Counted from the first letter of the stretch, positions 27,401-41,192 are shown. The stretch is DNA of 64,000 nucleotides from Epiperipatus broadwayi (GCA_028023455.1 JAQFVV010000006.1:18910001-18974000), one strand, 5' to 3'. Made by a program: numbers and translations. The notes: generated by a model not told the origin, from the letters alone.

Positions 27401-27700
27401 TTATCATTTACACAAACATTCATTCTGCCTTATCAGGCACTGAGAAGAAAGACCATGGTGTTTCTTGATCTTAAACTCAGAGGTAAAAAGCCAATAAACT
27501 CACCACGCTGGCTAAGGCGTGTTGGTGAGCAGTCCATCCATGTTCGTATACTATATGAATAATCACATAGTAATAACAGCTGCAACGACAAGAACGTATG
27601 GAGTGGACATTAGGAATTTGCCCTGCTCGGTTCCTTTAAGGTTTCCAAGAGGAATCAAAGGGTCTCCTTTCAGTTAATAGCAAACTCCTTTCTGCAGCCT
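24420..27700 (-). mobile_element. Full-length RTE-clade non-LTR retrotransposon (APE endonuclease + RT), broken by several stops/frameshifts
   Basis: ORF pieces with LGTYNCRSL, GDFNA, GGDHRLV (APE); GVRQGDSISPKLF and LDFADD (RT); KWSWAGHIARR (C-terminus). (TGA)n tail at 24420-24432. 11-bp TSD ttttattgatt at 24409-24419 and 27701-27711. Confidence 0.95.
27532..27699 (-). ncRNA. HDV/CPEB3-like self-cleaving ribozyme at the RTE 5' end
   Basis: Manual fold: P1 GGCUGCA/UGCAGCU with G1.U wobble; P2 GUCCA(C)UCCAU/AUGGAUGGAC; P3 ACG/CGU; L3 UUCUUGU; GU linker; P4 ACUAUGUGA/UCAUAUAGU; J4/2 CGAAC with putative catalytic C at 27546. Confidence 0.85.
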
Positions 27701-30506
27701 TTTTATTGATTTTTTTTTTTATTATTGATTAGAACTTATGAAATAGGATTATTAGTAACATCAACTTTTATGCAGTAAATCTGTTTCTTCTACTCCAGTT
27801 TTGCCACCTAATGTAAGCTTAAGTAATCACTGGATGCCAGTAAGTAACAAAAGTGAGATAAAAGAAATCAATTTGCTTGATAAAAACATTGTGTAATTTT
27901 TATTGGTTTTTTAATATTCTTATCAATGCTTTCATTTTTTTCAAATTCTCTTATTATAAGGCATATCACCAAGCATACATCAAAATAAAACAAAAAGCAA
28001 CTCTTTCATTTATTTCTAGAATAGAAAAAATCCTCAAAATAGACCTTAATTCCTTGCTTACAATTACTCTTTTCTGCACAATTTAGCTCAGTGCTAAAGA
28101 GATAAATTGAAGCTCTTGAATCAGTTGTCAACTAAGAAGAGTTTAAAAGGTATATTCAAGTTACCTCTTGGACACTCAAACATTACACAATCTCTTAGCT
28201 ATACAGTTATTGACTGTATTCCTCTGCTAAAATAGTACTTCCAGGTGAAATTAATTAGTATCCGCTCAATAATATTACATTAAATTCTTGCAATACTGAT
28301 GATCTAAATTTTTATTCAGCATATTTTTTTTAAGAAAAGTTAGTTGTTTAAATGTTTAACTTCATAATCTAAAACCAGTGATAGTGATGGCTTTAAAGTT
28401 TGATTACATTTAAATTTTTTTTTTTCATTAATACTTTAAACAGTTCTTTGTTTCTTTCTTATGTCTTGGATCTTTGAAAGAAGAATTATTATTCCAGACC
28501 TGGAAGTAAAAGAACTTGCTGTCTCATACAGACAGGCCCTATTTTATCTGTTCTTTCTAACCATTTAATATTTTTCTCACTGAATAATTAGATTTTAGAA
28601 AAGGATATATTTAACAAACATAATGGACATTGTTTGAGAAATTGTTTTACATTTTGTAGCATTTGTATGTAGTGTTTTCATGTACAGTCCCATAAATTTG
28701 CCTAAACTAAGTCTGGCTTGTTTTATATAATTTAACAGAGAACAAAAGATTCTAGCTAGACAATGCTATATCCATCCCATGTTTGCATAATAGAAGTATA
28801 GTCCAGGGATCTGTCCCTTGTTTATGCTTTTTTAATTTATCTTAAACTTTTTACATTTTCTACAAATGTATTTGGTAAATAAATTGGAGGCTTGATATCA
28901 GAAGCAATGTTTCTGTTTGAATTTTGGAATTGATGAAAGGTGAAATTTATGGAAAATCCATTTTGAAAAGTTGTAAGGCTATGTGTCTTTTGATAAAATC
29001 AATAGTGCTGAAAAGTCTTCTTGCATCATTTGACAATCATGAATAATTTTATATTATTTTCAACTTTGAGAAAGACTTTTCAATTGATGCCCTATCAAAT
29101 AGCAGTTATTTAATAATATAATTTTGCTATATTTTTGAAATATTATTGTCACAAATAAATTTCTATATATTTGCAGTTTAAACTTTACAATCTAAAGATT
29201 ATGTTTATCTTTTTAATATCTAATTGTTAAATATTTATCTGTTACTTATTGAAAAATTTTGAATTGATCTTTGAAAAAATGATCCACAGACAAGTTCTGT
29301 TATCTCTTATAAATTCTGCCCAGTGTATACAAACTGTACTCTTATGTTTTAAAACCTCACTGGAAATTATTGTGATTGTTTGCAATCAACACAAAAGCCG
29401 TTCTGTGCTTCTGCTTTTCTTTTATAAGATTCTGGGCAATTAATTGTATGCATGATACTCAGTATCTTATTCCCCAATATGTTTTTTAATCTAGATACTT
29501 TTCTAGAAAAAAAATGTTGTAATACTGAGAATTTATCCCAATTCTTTTATAGCACCAAAGTTATATATTTAAAACAATTATTCTTAGTAATTTTTTTATC
29601 TTTTATTGTTAAGCTGCTATGTTATAATCTCTAGGCAAAAGTGGGTTTTTGCAAATAATTGTGATTTCTTTAGATTTTATAAATATTCTTTCTTTTAAAA
29701 AATAAAAAAGGTATATATTTTATATATAATTGCCACAGAACAATGTTAACTGCATTCATTTGCACTCATGGGTTCAGTCAGGTTAACTTTGGCAATTTAT
29801 TCAAAGAGCTAAAATGCCTCAAGTATCTAATCTAGCCAGCCACCAGTATTATGTAATTAATGACTATCTAGTTATGTGATAAAAGATCCAGATTCATGTG
29901 AATTGATCATATGAGAGTTGATTGGCTGACTATATGATACGGCTTTCATGGTTAGTGTGGAAGTGTCATACATATAAAGGCCCTGAGCCCATGATTATTT
30001 TTAAATAAATTTATGTACCTAAATAAAAAATAATCAATTGATATAATATTTGGGCACCCAAAGTAATGGAGCTGAATTGTAATCCATGGACCTTGAGTAC
30101 TAGAGTTCGCCATTCTATTATTGCCTAAACTATGCAAGACAAAGTAAATTGACTACTCAGGAGTTCATGAGAAGTTTAAATACTAGAAATGACAGAACTG
30201 GAACCTTGATTTGTGAGCCTCTATTAGCTTATAGTTTAGCTTATATCTTAATTAAATAAATTAATAATGGTAAAAAATATTAAAGTTATTATCATCTCAG
30301 ACTTGTGAAAGATTGGGTTTTAGATGAACTTTGTCTTTTATTTTATACTGTCATGTGATAATAAAAATATTTCAATTATAAATAAAATTACCAAAATTCT
30401 CTCCCTCCTTCCCTATATAAATTTTGCAGATTCAATATTGATTTAATCTATTTCCAATTAAATTATAACTTTCTTTTGATGTTTGCATTATTATTTTTAA
30501 TTTAAG

Positions 30507-30590
30507 ATTTCAATAGATCAGATAACATTAAATGACCAATCAACACATATATCAGAACTTTTGAATGAAAAGGAGCAGCTGAAAGAGCAG
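30507..30590 (+). CDS. MYO18A: Myosin XVIII coiled-coil tail exon (ISIDQITLNDQSTHISELLNEKEQLKEQ)
   Basis: Acceptor tttaag| and donor |gtaagt; 84 nt, phase 0/0, open frame. Resembles the arthropod Myo18 'SVDQITL..E' segment and joins in frame to the next exon. Confidence 0.85.
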
Positions 30591-30682
30591 GTAAGTTTTA
30601 TCTTCAGTGACAAACATTTTTATACATTTCTTTTATTTATATTATATATATATATTTTACTTCTTATTTTTTGTTTTCTCAG

Positions 30683-30820
30683 CTGGCTACAGCTAGCAGT
30701 AAAATTGAATATTTAGAAGAAAATACAGTTGATAGGCAACATGCTAGCAGGCTTGAAATTAAAGTCAAGGAATTAGAGACAAAATTAGAATTGGAACAAA
30801 CCACCAGGCACAGGCTGGAG
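30683..30820 (+). CDS. MYO18A: Myosin XVIII exon (LATASSKIEYLEENTVDRQHASRLEIKVKELETKLELEQTTRHRLE)
   Basis: ttttctcag| and |gtagga; 138 nt, phase 0/0. KELETKLELEQTTRHRLE matches the conserved Myo18 motif (K/R)ELE(S/T)RLE(L/F)E..T...RLE. Confidence 0.95.
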
Positions 30821-30943
30821 GTAGGAACCTTATATTAAATTTTCCCTCAATGTTTGTGCAGTTTCTTTAAGTACACAACGTGATACCTTTGACTGCAACT
30901 GTTGTTTGTGGAGATCTGGTTGATGGTTGAGATGATGAATGTA

Positions 30944-30985
30944 ATAAGCCAATCAACATCACATGATCACCATTTGCCTGTTTTA
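30944..30985 (+). mobile_element. Minimal 42-bp copy of the short fold-back family, 12-bp TSD
   Basis: TSD atgatgaatgta at 30932-30943 and 30986-30997; aacatcacatgatcaccat joined directly to ttgcctgtttta. Confidence 0.65.
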
Positions 30986-31873
30986 ATGATGAATGTAGAG
31001 AGAAAACCAACTTGAAAACTTTTATGTTTTCATATTATTTAGATTTTTTTAAAATTAACACTAATCATCTACTAATGAAATTGTCTGTGTTCTTAGCATT
31101 TATTTTCACATCAGATATAATAATGATTTTAGCCACTTATTCATCACAGGGATAGCAATAAATTAGTTTTGTTCTAATGCACATGTTATAAATAAATACA
31201 TGTTCCGGTTACATCTTTGACAAAGGTATTTTATTTAGATTTGAAAAAAGTAGCAATCCTAACTTAATGACACTGTTTAATAGTGTCTAAGGCAAAAGAT
31301 ATTTTAATGTTGTCTTATGGGATCTAAATGAGTTCGTGGAACACAACTTGAGAAACAACTAAAATCTTTCCAATTTTCGGTTTCAAAAAGTACATTATAT
31401 CAGCCAGTGTTTTCTAATATTATCACTTATAGAAGGCACTATAGCAAAATCAATTGATGATTTAAATCTGGCAATCAGTGACATACCTACATTTCCCATG
31501 ATTCAAACTCAGGAGAGTACAGTGAACAGAGAATGACCCAGAAGTTAATCAGAGTAAGAATGAAAATATCCAAACTTTTTTTAAAAATAAATTTAATAAC
31601 AAAACAAATTTACAACTATATATCAGAAACCTTTAAGTACTTCAATTAAATATATCACATATTGACACGGTGTGGTCACAAACTATGCTATATTTTTGTT
31701 CAAATGTACATAGCATATAATAGTTCACGTTTGTTAATAAACATTAATTAGAATACAGTATGTATTGTTTATTGAACTGCAAATGTACTTTTCATCATGC
31801 ACTTATATATAACATATACTTTTTTTATATGTATAGTATCCATATAAATTAAAATTACAGTGTAAATAAAATT

Positions 31874-33421
31874 GGTTGTTTTACAATAGCGTGTTGAAAC
31901 CGCTGGAGGGCGGGCTCGGTTTGTAAACAAAGATAAATATAATGTTGCTGGGGCCGAGTTTCTTTTCTTTTCTTTTTTTTGGTTGGCTTTGGTTTTTTGA
32001 TTTTTTTTTTGTTTATCACATTTATAAAAGTAATATCAAATCAAATTTTTTGTTTAAACACGACCAAAACAAAAATAAACAAATGCATAAACAAAAAAAT
32101 TACAAATAAATGAATTTACAAAAAAAAAGTACTTCATTTTTTTGGCTTTTGATTCTTTTTTTTTTATTATTTATATTTTCAAAGGGGACGGGGTTTTTTT
32201 TTTTTTTTTTTTACCGTCTACGTATTTTTTTGTTGATTTTTTTTTTTTTTTTGGTTGTTGTTGTTTATCACATTTAAAATAAAAGTACGGCGGCTATCAA
32301 ATCTATTTTGGCTACCCCAAACAACAAAACAAAAAAAAAACCCAAAAAAAATGGATCGATTAAAACCAATGATTTTTAAAAAGTAGTTAGCCGATTTTTT
32401 GTTTGTTTTGATTTAATTCTCATTAAACCCTTTTCTATTTTCGGTTCGGTATTGTACGACAAACAAAAAATCAGCCGATTCAACTACTTCTTTCTTTTTT
32501 TCGGTTTGTTTTGTTTTTATTTTGATAAATAAATCTATTGTCCGTTTAACAGTAACATGTACAAGCCAAAGTCCAACTTTGGGAGAAGGGGGGGAAGGGA
32601 AGGGTGCTTGCAATTGCTAACAGAACGGAACGCCAACAACTCGAAGATTGATCAAGTTTTGACGGTAATTCCCCCTCAAAAAACATCAATCTATATGGCA
32701 ATTAAAAGAAACTTTTTGGGCTCTTCAGGCAAAAAAAAACTAAAAAAAAAAAACACAGCAGGCATGCAGCTTCAAGGTGTTTTGTTTGATAGACCACCGC
32801 CGGTTCCAACAGTCAGAGAAGAATCCTTGTTCTTTCTTTGACATTCGGCAAAACAAGTTGTCCTATTTTTTGCAGCTATTCGATTAATCAGCTCGCAGTT
32901 GTTGTCACACGAAACGTGACTTAGAGCTTGATTTGATGGGAAGCGTGCTTTGAACTACACTTGGCCCATTTTTTCAGCAGGAAATGGGGGCTAGGGAAGC
33001 ATGAGACTCTGCTGATAATTGTTGTAGACCTTCCTAAAAGATGCGAGATAGAGGGGGAGGTGGTCCTAATGAATATTAAAATAGTTTCAACAATCGTAAT
33101 TCCAGCCACCCTCAGACAATACTGTAAACAAAAGTGAAATATGATCGCTAGTCCGAAATGCTTAGCCCGAATCTGAGCCACAAGCTGGCACGATAGCTTC
33201 TGTGGCAAGATTGGCTAAATGTTCACGTTTCTGTGCATTGGCATAGAAATAAACACAGTCAGCCGGTGCCCTCCCCCGTATCAACGGACTATTTCTAGGC
33301 TTACGCATTAGAAATAGAGCGTTCGATAGCGGCAGAAGCGGCCACCTAAACAGCATATTTCTGTGCACTAGCATAGAAATAACGCCCTCCGGTGGTTTCA
33401 ACACGCTATTGTAAAACAACC
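31874..33421. mobile_element. Non-autonomous TIR DNA transposon, Merlin-like
   Basis: 39-bp TIRs GGTTGTTTTACAATAGCGTGTTGAAACC(GCT/ACC)GGAGGGCG with 2 mismatches; 8-bp TSD ataaaatt at 31866-31873 and 33422-33429; GG...CC termini; no transposase recognised. Confidence 0.8.
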
Positions 33422-34564
33422 ATAAAATTTTTAAAATAATAGTCATAGTTTTTAATTAATAAATTGAGAAGATACAGTTACTATACGTGTATTTGTGTTC
33501 ACTCATGCATTCACTGAAGCAATAAGAATAAGAAAAAACAAATAACTACCATATTTTATTATTTTCAAGAAATTGGGATCTCTCTAATTGTTTTGTCCTT
33601 TTTAAATCAGTATTAACTTTTAGTATGTAATAAAATTTTGTAAAACTTTTAGCATTATGCTCAGAAAATATTTTATTACTCAAAGTGCAACTTATCAAAT
33701 TAGAAAAGGATAATAAAAAAATAATAAAAATGTGTTCTTCCAACATAAATAAAGAAATTTTATTAATATATATATAATAGCATAAAGCACTCAAAGAAGG
33801 AAAAATGGCTGCTGAAAATTATAACCTTTGCTAATTTTAATGGTGTTTTTCTTTATGTATTTACATTTTTCTTTTGAAATCATTCGTGATTAGATGCAGA
33901 GCTGTTTGCAGCTCCATTATACCTGGCAGATCTTATGATTTTACTTTTAATAGTTCATTATAAGAATTAATTAAAAAAATAAACTTTCTTATATCTTCAT
34001 AGTGTTTCATAAATTAAATCTTTAGTTTCAAAATAAGTTTTGAAATAATTTAAAAACTTATTATATCTTCCAAAAGAATAAATGTAGTTATTTTAATATT
34101 TAAAATAGACAAAAAACACATTGTTTCAATTAATTAAAATACATCAAATAATGATATCTTAATATTTTAGATTAATACAATTTTATGTGAAAATAAAGAT
34201 ATGATAATAGGAGAGATTCTAGTTTCATTACTAGATGAGTCAGTGATTTGAAAATTTAAAAAAAAACTAAATATTATTAAATTAACTTCATTTAGAACTG
34301 TTTTGATTAGCTTTATGATTTTAATTTCTGACTGAGGTGTGAGCGTGCATTCTAAACTAATAATATTTTTGCATTAATTTATTCATTATAATCTTTTAAT
34401 AAGATGATTTTTTTAACATATATTGTCTCCTTATTTTAGTTGTGAATTATAATTTTCAATTCATATTCAAAAATGAAACAGCGGTTTTAAATTTCAGAAT
34501 ATAAATTGCTCATGATAAATTTTATCACCACTGAAATATATTTTATAAGCTTATTCTTTCACAG

Positions 34565-34750
34565 GTCCAGATCAGTCGTTTAAAAGAATCTATAGATAAA
34601 TTAATATCAGAAAATGCTTCCTTGAAAGCAAATGAAGAACGAGCACAAGAGATCTGCAAAAGGTTAGAACGGCAGTTTAGAGATTTGAAGGAAGATTTCG
34701 CAGAGCTGCAACGCAAAGAAGCTGAAGCAAGTCAACGCAAACATGATCTG
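34565..34750 (+). CDS. MYO18A: Myosin XVIII exon (VQISRLKESIDKL...ELQRKEAEASQRKHDL)
   Basis: ttcacag| and |gtaatt; 186 nt, phase 0/0; coiled-coil peptide typical of the Myo18 tail. Confidence 0.93.
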
Positions 34751-34844
34751 GTAATTTGATCTACCTATACATCATTTGGTAACATCGATTATGCTAAAAA
34801 TAGATGTAAAGTTTCAAATTAACATATTGATTTTTTTTTTTAAG

Positions 34845-34981
34845 GAAATGGCTTTAGAAAATGCAGAGGTGGATCATGAGACGACGAGATCAGATTTGAA
34901 GCTGGCCTTCAAGAGGATCGAAGATTTACAATCAGTTATTTCTGACACTGTAGCTACTGACAGCGATGATGGCTCCTTAAG
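34845..34981 (+). CDS. MYO18A: Myosin XVIII exon (EMALENAEVDHETTRSDLKLAFKRIEDLQSVISDTVATDSDDGSL)
   Basis: tttttaag| and |gtaaat; 137 nt, phase 0/2; contains the Myo18 hallmark DLKLAFKRI.DLQ followed by an acidic SD stretch. Confidence 0.95.
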
Positions 34982-36057
34982 GTAAATTTCATTGCATAGT
35001 TTTATTGGTAAATTTTTAATAAAAAAAATCCATATAAATCATCAAGCTCGTAAAAAAAAGATTTAATAAAAATAATTTTTAGGCCTAATTATTTATTTAT
35101 TTTGTGTGTGTGTGTGTGAATGAGAATATTTGGATATAGCACTTCTATTTTTGAACATATAATCTTTTAATTGTATCAATAATAATATTATTAACAGAGT
35201 AATTATTACTCTAGGGCTTTTTATATAAGATAAATAATGTGATGCTAACCCTCAGAGTAGTTTCTGACCTTTAGCAATGGATTTTATTGAATTACACATA
35301 TTCATGCAACAATCACCTTTATTATACTGTATTAACAAAAAGAATTGAAAGTTTCATGACCTAATTAAAGTTTGAACCCCACCCAACTAATCTAACTATC
35401 TAGTCATATTTAGATCAATAACTATATACATATATTTTATGGATTTTAGTTTTATGTTAATTATAGGTGTGTTTGACCTTTTGGCAAAAAAAATAAATAA
35501 AATTCAGTGCTCAGTGACAAAAACAGATAACCAGAAACTAATCAATGAAGTTGAGTCCATTAATCTACTCATGAATATAATAAATGGCTACTATTAATGC
35601 CAAAGTCAACAGTAAGCTGCGATGTTTTATTTAAGTAAATAGTAATGGTGCATAATGATTCAATTTGATAAAACTCAAAATTTTATTAATCTTTATAATA
35701 AAAACTATAACTTAAAATAATAAATAAAACTCATTCATAATACTTGTTCTAACAAAAATTTAATATCTAATAGCCCTCCTTCTCTCTTGTATTCATATAT
35801 TTATTTTAGGCCTTGGCCATGGATGCTAAAATTCAGGACTAGTAACAAACTGTAAATATATTATAAACATTCATATTTATAGGATTGTCTATTTCAATCT
35901 ATAATATATTTATAGTATATTAAAAAAATACTTCAATAAAGATAAACTATTAATAGCATTAAGGACAATAACACTTAAAATCCTTCTTTTGAGTGTTTAC
36001 AGACTTGATTATATTAAATTAGAAAATTAAATCATTACTGTAACAGATCAAGCAGTT

Positions 36058-39030
36058 GGTATGATGTAATGTGATATGGCTTCTCCTTTATCGAAATCAG
36101 GAATCTCTTAGCCAATATGCCCAGAAAAACCTGTTAGCCACCTTACTTGTCCTTTCCATCCCCCCTCCTAAGTTTCTCCCATATTCTTTTCTATCCTGTT
36201 CTATCCCATTTCCACAACATTATCTTTGTCAACTCTATGGCCTTTATATCTAAATCTCCCTTATCTTTTTTCCAAACCCAGCATAAAGACCAAGAACCCA
36301 CTTTCTGTATAATCACTTAGTTAATATTTATTTTCCCACAACCTCATTATTTATACTGTTTCTGCTTGTAAGCATTTACATGTAATTAGCAGATGCCTAA
36401 TATTTTCCATGCCTTCCTTTCATAACTTGCCGTCTAAATCACCCACATATCTCCATTTATGTGTGTATTCACTAATGATTTTGTTTGAATCTTAAACAAT
36501 AAACTATTTTTTCCTTGTTATTATCGTAAATTAACTCACATCCAATATTGTTTACTTCTATATATGTTTACTCTTTTTACTCTCCCTAATAGTTCTCCAA
36601 CTTCCTATTTTTTATTAATGTATCTATTCTTCTACCCCATTCTTTGCTACTATAGCACTTAACAATCATCCCACCTTTTATACAAGTATACTGACATAAA
36701 ATCTTTATCCAAATTTTCTGCATACTGTACTACCTTTCTCACCTATCTTGTTGCCTGTCCTTTACTTGTAACCCAATTAAATATTATTTTTGGCTATTCT
36801 CTTACTATCCATAAATTGCAATCTACCGAATATTTTTATTTTGCTTTTTGTATCTCTTATATAAAAACTTGACCATCCCATTTCTTCTTGAATTGCCTCC
36901 TTTGCCGTGCACACATCTGCATCTAATGCATGCCTTCCTACTTCTCTAATCTAGCACCACTTTATTAGCACATCATTACCATAAGTTAACCCTGCTATTG
37001 CCACTCCCATATAATTCTTGCTACATCATATTTATTATATAAAAACCCTTAATTTCTTTATTATCAGTTCTTTGCCTTTCTTTGCTTCATTAAAGCAATT
37101 TCTCTGATTACTTAAGACAATTCCCAAATAGTTATACTTATTCACCACATTTAACTTTATATCCCCCAAGAAAAATTATTTCTCTTCTCTTACCCCAGTA
37201 TTTATCATCATTACTTTTGATTTTTCTTCATTAAATTTGATCCCCATCTCTTTACCTACCTTGTGAAAGTCTTCAACACAACTTCCATATCTTCCCTACT
37301 TTCTGTGCCCAAGAAAATATGATCAGCAAGTAAAAGATGTAATAATATATACATTCCCTTGCCATCTATTAATGGTATCTCTACCCCTCTTTCTAATCTT
37401 TCTATTACCCTCTCCATTTCTCTCAAATATATCAAAAACAAAATAGGTGACACAGGGCATTCTTGTCTTAGTTCCACCCCATTTTTAACTTTGATTCTAT
37501 ACTTCCTAACTGATACATATAGTAATTATTTTCATGCAATCTCTTAATAAGATCCACTAAAGCTTCATTCATTCCCAAATTTACTAAACTTACCCAAAAT
37601 CTATTTTTATTTACTCTTTCAAATGCCTTCTGTATAACTCTAAAGACCATGTATAACTGCCTACCTGTATTCATACTCATATTTATAAGTTGTGTGACTA
37701 CAAATAAACTATCTCCTATACACTTATCCATTCTAAAACCTCTTTGCACTTCTCCCACTATATTATTTTTTTCCATTCATTTTGCCACCATATATGCAAA
37801 AATTTTATACAACACCGATGTTATCGTTACCAGTTTATAATAGTCTCACTTTTGTATTATTTCAGCTATCTGGAAATTCTGTCATCTTATTAAAAACATG
37901 ATAATAGATTTAATTTTGCCCCTTTTCCAAGTTCATCACCATCTCTGCTGCCCATCCATCTAAACTTCTTGCCTTTCCACTTTTCAACTTCTTTTTTGCC
38001 TCATTTAATTCATTTTCTGTAAAACTAATATTTCCATTACTATATGCTTTTATGTTTGTTATCACTCTGTCCTTCACACCTAACATTTTTTCTATATCAT
38101 TACATACTTATTTAAGGTTGTCTCTAAATTTTTCTCTAGAGCTATGCTCTTTCTCATCATTTCTTCTTTTATATATTTCCAAAATTTATTACTCCTGTCT
38201 CTTCCACTTTTATTAATATCTTCCAATAATTTACTTTTTAATTTTATTCTCTCTATATAATTATCTATTTTAGCCATCTTTTTATATAAATAATTTTCCC
38301 ATTTAATATTTACATCTTTTTCACTTACTTTGTTTTTAATAATACATTTATATTTTCTGCATGCTTTTCCTTATCTTTTAGATTTTTACTAATTCTCACT
38401 TTTCCATTATTTTTATTCTTCTAAATATTCTCCCCTAAAACCCTATTTGCCACTTTTTCTACTTCATCACACCAGTTCTTATATTCCATTCCCAATAAAC
38501 TCTTCCATAATTTCTTCTATTTTATATTCTTCTAATTTATTCTTATCATTCCCTATCCTTTCTACTTTTATTATTATTTTCTATCACATTACTAATTATT
38601 TCTATTATAAAGAAATTATGATCAATATTACATATTCTCTTTATTATCAAACACTAATTTCCCATACTTTATTTATTCCCTCTTTATCTACTAATACATA
38701 ATCTATTGTGTGAAATATACTATTTCTAGACCATGTGTATTGCCCCTTATAAATATTTGATAAATTTCCAATGATCAATTTCACTCTGACAAAAAAATTT
38801 TAAAAACTGTCCATTCTTGTTATCACAAGTCATCAATTTATGCCCATTCATATCCCCTATAATGGTATAACCATTATTTTCTTTCCCTTTTTTGAAACTC
38901 AGTATATCTTTATATAAGTATTCATATATTCTATGTTCCACACCATTGTAATTTGGCTATCTCCAGTGGCCATGTACAGATAGCCACCATCTATTCTTGT
39001 CTTCCTAACCTTATTTCAAACCACAAATAT
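36058..39030 (-). mobile_element. Decayed APE-RT LINE of a second family (clade not assigned), truncated in the endonuclease
   Basis: Peptides IIGDMNGH (EN), VQRGFRMDK..DSLFV, QECPVSPILFLIY and LLLADHI (RT); 3' end shared with the copy at 42.3-43.4 kb. Confidence 0.85.
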
Positions 39031-41192
39031 TCTATTTGCTTATGGCGTTTTACAAAACCTAGCGGTTGTATTGTGAACTAAAACATGAAAGTTTAAATAA
39101 TTTAAATCTCATTTTTTATCGATTTTTAATTTACGTTTTTTTTCCCTTGACAATTAATTTCATTAAGTACTTGTTCTGAAATATACTTTATAATGATCTT
39201 CTGATTGTTATTAAATTAAAAAATTGTTTTAATGTCTACAAGTGTTAAAGTTTTACTTTGAAAATTGAAATTAATAAAAAACAAAATTATTATTTTCTAC
39301 ATTTTAATTCACACTGCAATTTGCTGATGCTCTGACCATAAAATGTTATGTCAGGAAATACAATTGCTTGAATTTAATATTAGTTGGGCATTGCATTCTT
39401 TGCAGTTCATTAATAATTTTCATCACAAGAAGATTGAAGGATATTAAAGCAGAAAGTTTCTCTTTTTTTGATTAGTGTTTTGAAATGTATAATTTTTAAA
39501 TTGAATTCTATTATTGTATATACAGTACACATTTATTTACATATATATTTAAAATAACTGATATAGGCATACAGTATTCTATCTTTTGAATCTATTTTGT
39601 TTGATGTTTAAATAAATATAATTTTAAAATGAAATTGTGCATAGATTCATACATACTTTATATAATCATATTGTAACAAGAAGATATCCTGTAGGATATG
39701 AAGGCTAATCAGCAAATGTAAATAAATGGTATCTGATGACATTGGTCAGTCCAGACTAAATGATAGTTTTCAAATATATGTAATATTATAGTAATTGCCG
39801 ATGATGATCAAACCAAGCATTCTATGAGAGTTTCCTTTTCAGAATTCTGTTTATATTTCCTAATACATCATTTAACCCTAAACTGTTGATAAATGATAAA
39901 GAGTCTATAAAAAGAGCTTTGTATTTGTACCTATCAATGATAAGATTTATAATAGTAGCCACCACTTTCAAAATGAAGGGTTATTCTATGAACTTGATTC
40001 ACATTTTTGTGTATTTTTATTAACTTCTCCCTGTTATTGTTTCAGAGTTCTAGATAGCATAAAGCACAAACTTTAAATATGATAATTGCATCCATTATCT
40101 ATATTTAACTTAATGATTGTGGAGGAAAAACAGAGATATAAACAAGAATGAGAGTAAACTTAGTTAACAATTTAAAAACATTTTGTTTTTAATGCAAATA
40201 AAATAACCGATGTAAATACACCACAATGATGTATGTGTCCATTAAGTAGTTTTAATGTATATACTTGTCTAGATATATATTCATCCTTTAATTAATTGTA
40301 ATTTTTTTTATTTTACTTCATTATTATCTACCCAGTATCCATGGAATTACAATTCATTAAATTCCAAAATTCGAAGGGGGTGACCAATGCTTTGAATTCA
40401 TCCCCCTTCCAACTTAAATGTCACCATATGAAAAGAAAAAAACAAATATGCAAAGACCAAGATCATTAAATTTCATCTTCATGTTAAGCATCTTGATAAT
40501 AGCTTTTATAAACATAGACATCATTTATATTTCAAACTTAGGCTTTTTGAAATTTGGAAATAATTAAATTTCTTACTAATATTATTTGTTCAGATGGTCT
40601 ATGGACATAGCTTGTGTATACGTTCAATCTTAAATCAGAAAGTCCACTAGTAATTTACAATAGAATTCTCTTTTCTTGCATGGTTCTTTTTAAATCCAGG
40701 TATAAATGGTATGATTGCAGATCAGTTTCACCAACTTGTTGGCATTCTTTTATCTTACTTAGTAGATATGTAGTAGACATCAAAGCATCATAATTTTGGA
40801 TATGGTTATCGCATCCTTTGGTATAGCAGCCTGCAGGCTACAATGTAAGGCTTCATATTAGGTCTCACCAATTTATCCATTTGTCGTGGACACTACATGG
40901 CTGAAAACTGATGTGTACTGATACATGTCTGTAAACATTAATTCTTATTAAGTGCATAGTCTGATGAATCTCACCTGATTACCTTAGGAAAACTATAAGC
41001 ATAAATGTGATTTTATCATCAATACAATGAAATATATTCAAAGATATTCTTCCACACTGGTATCTTACTTTCTTATTTTTAAGGAGTAAAAGTTTTTCCT
41101 AGTGATAGTCAGAGTTTATTATTAAAACCAGTCAATGAACTTTTCTGATATCTTTTTTACTCTGCCGACTTCACTATCTGCAATAAATACTG

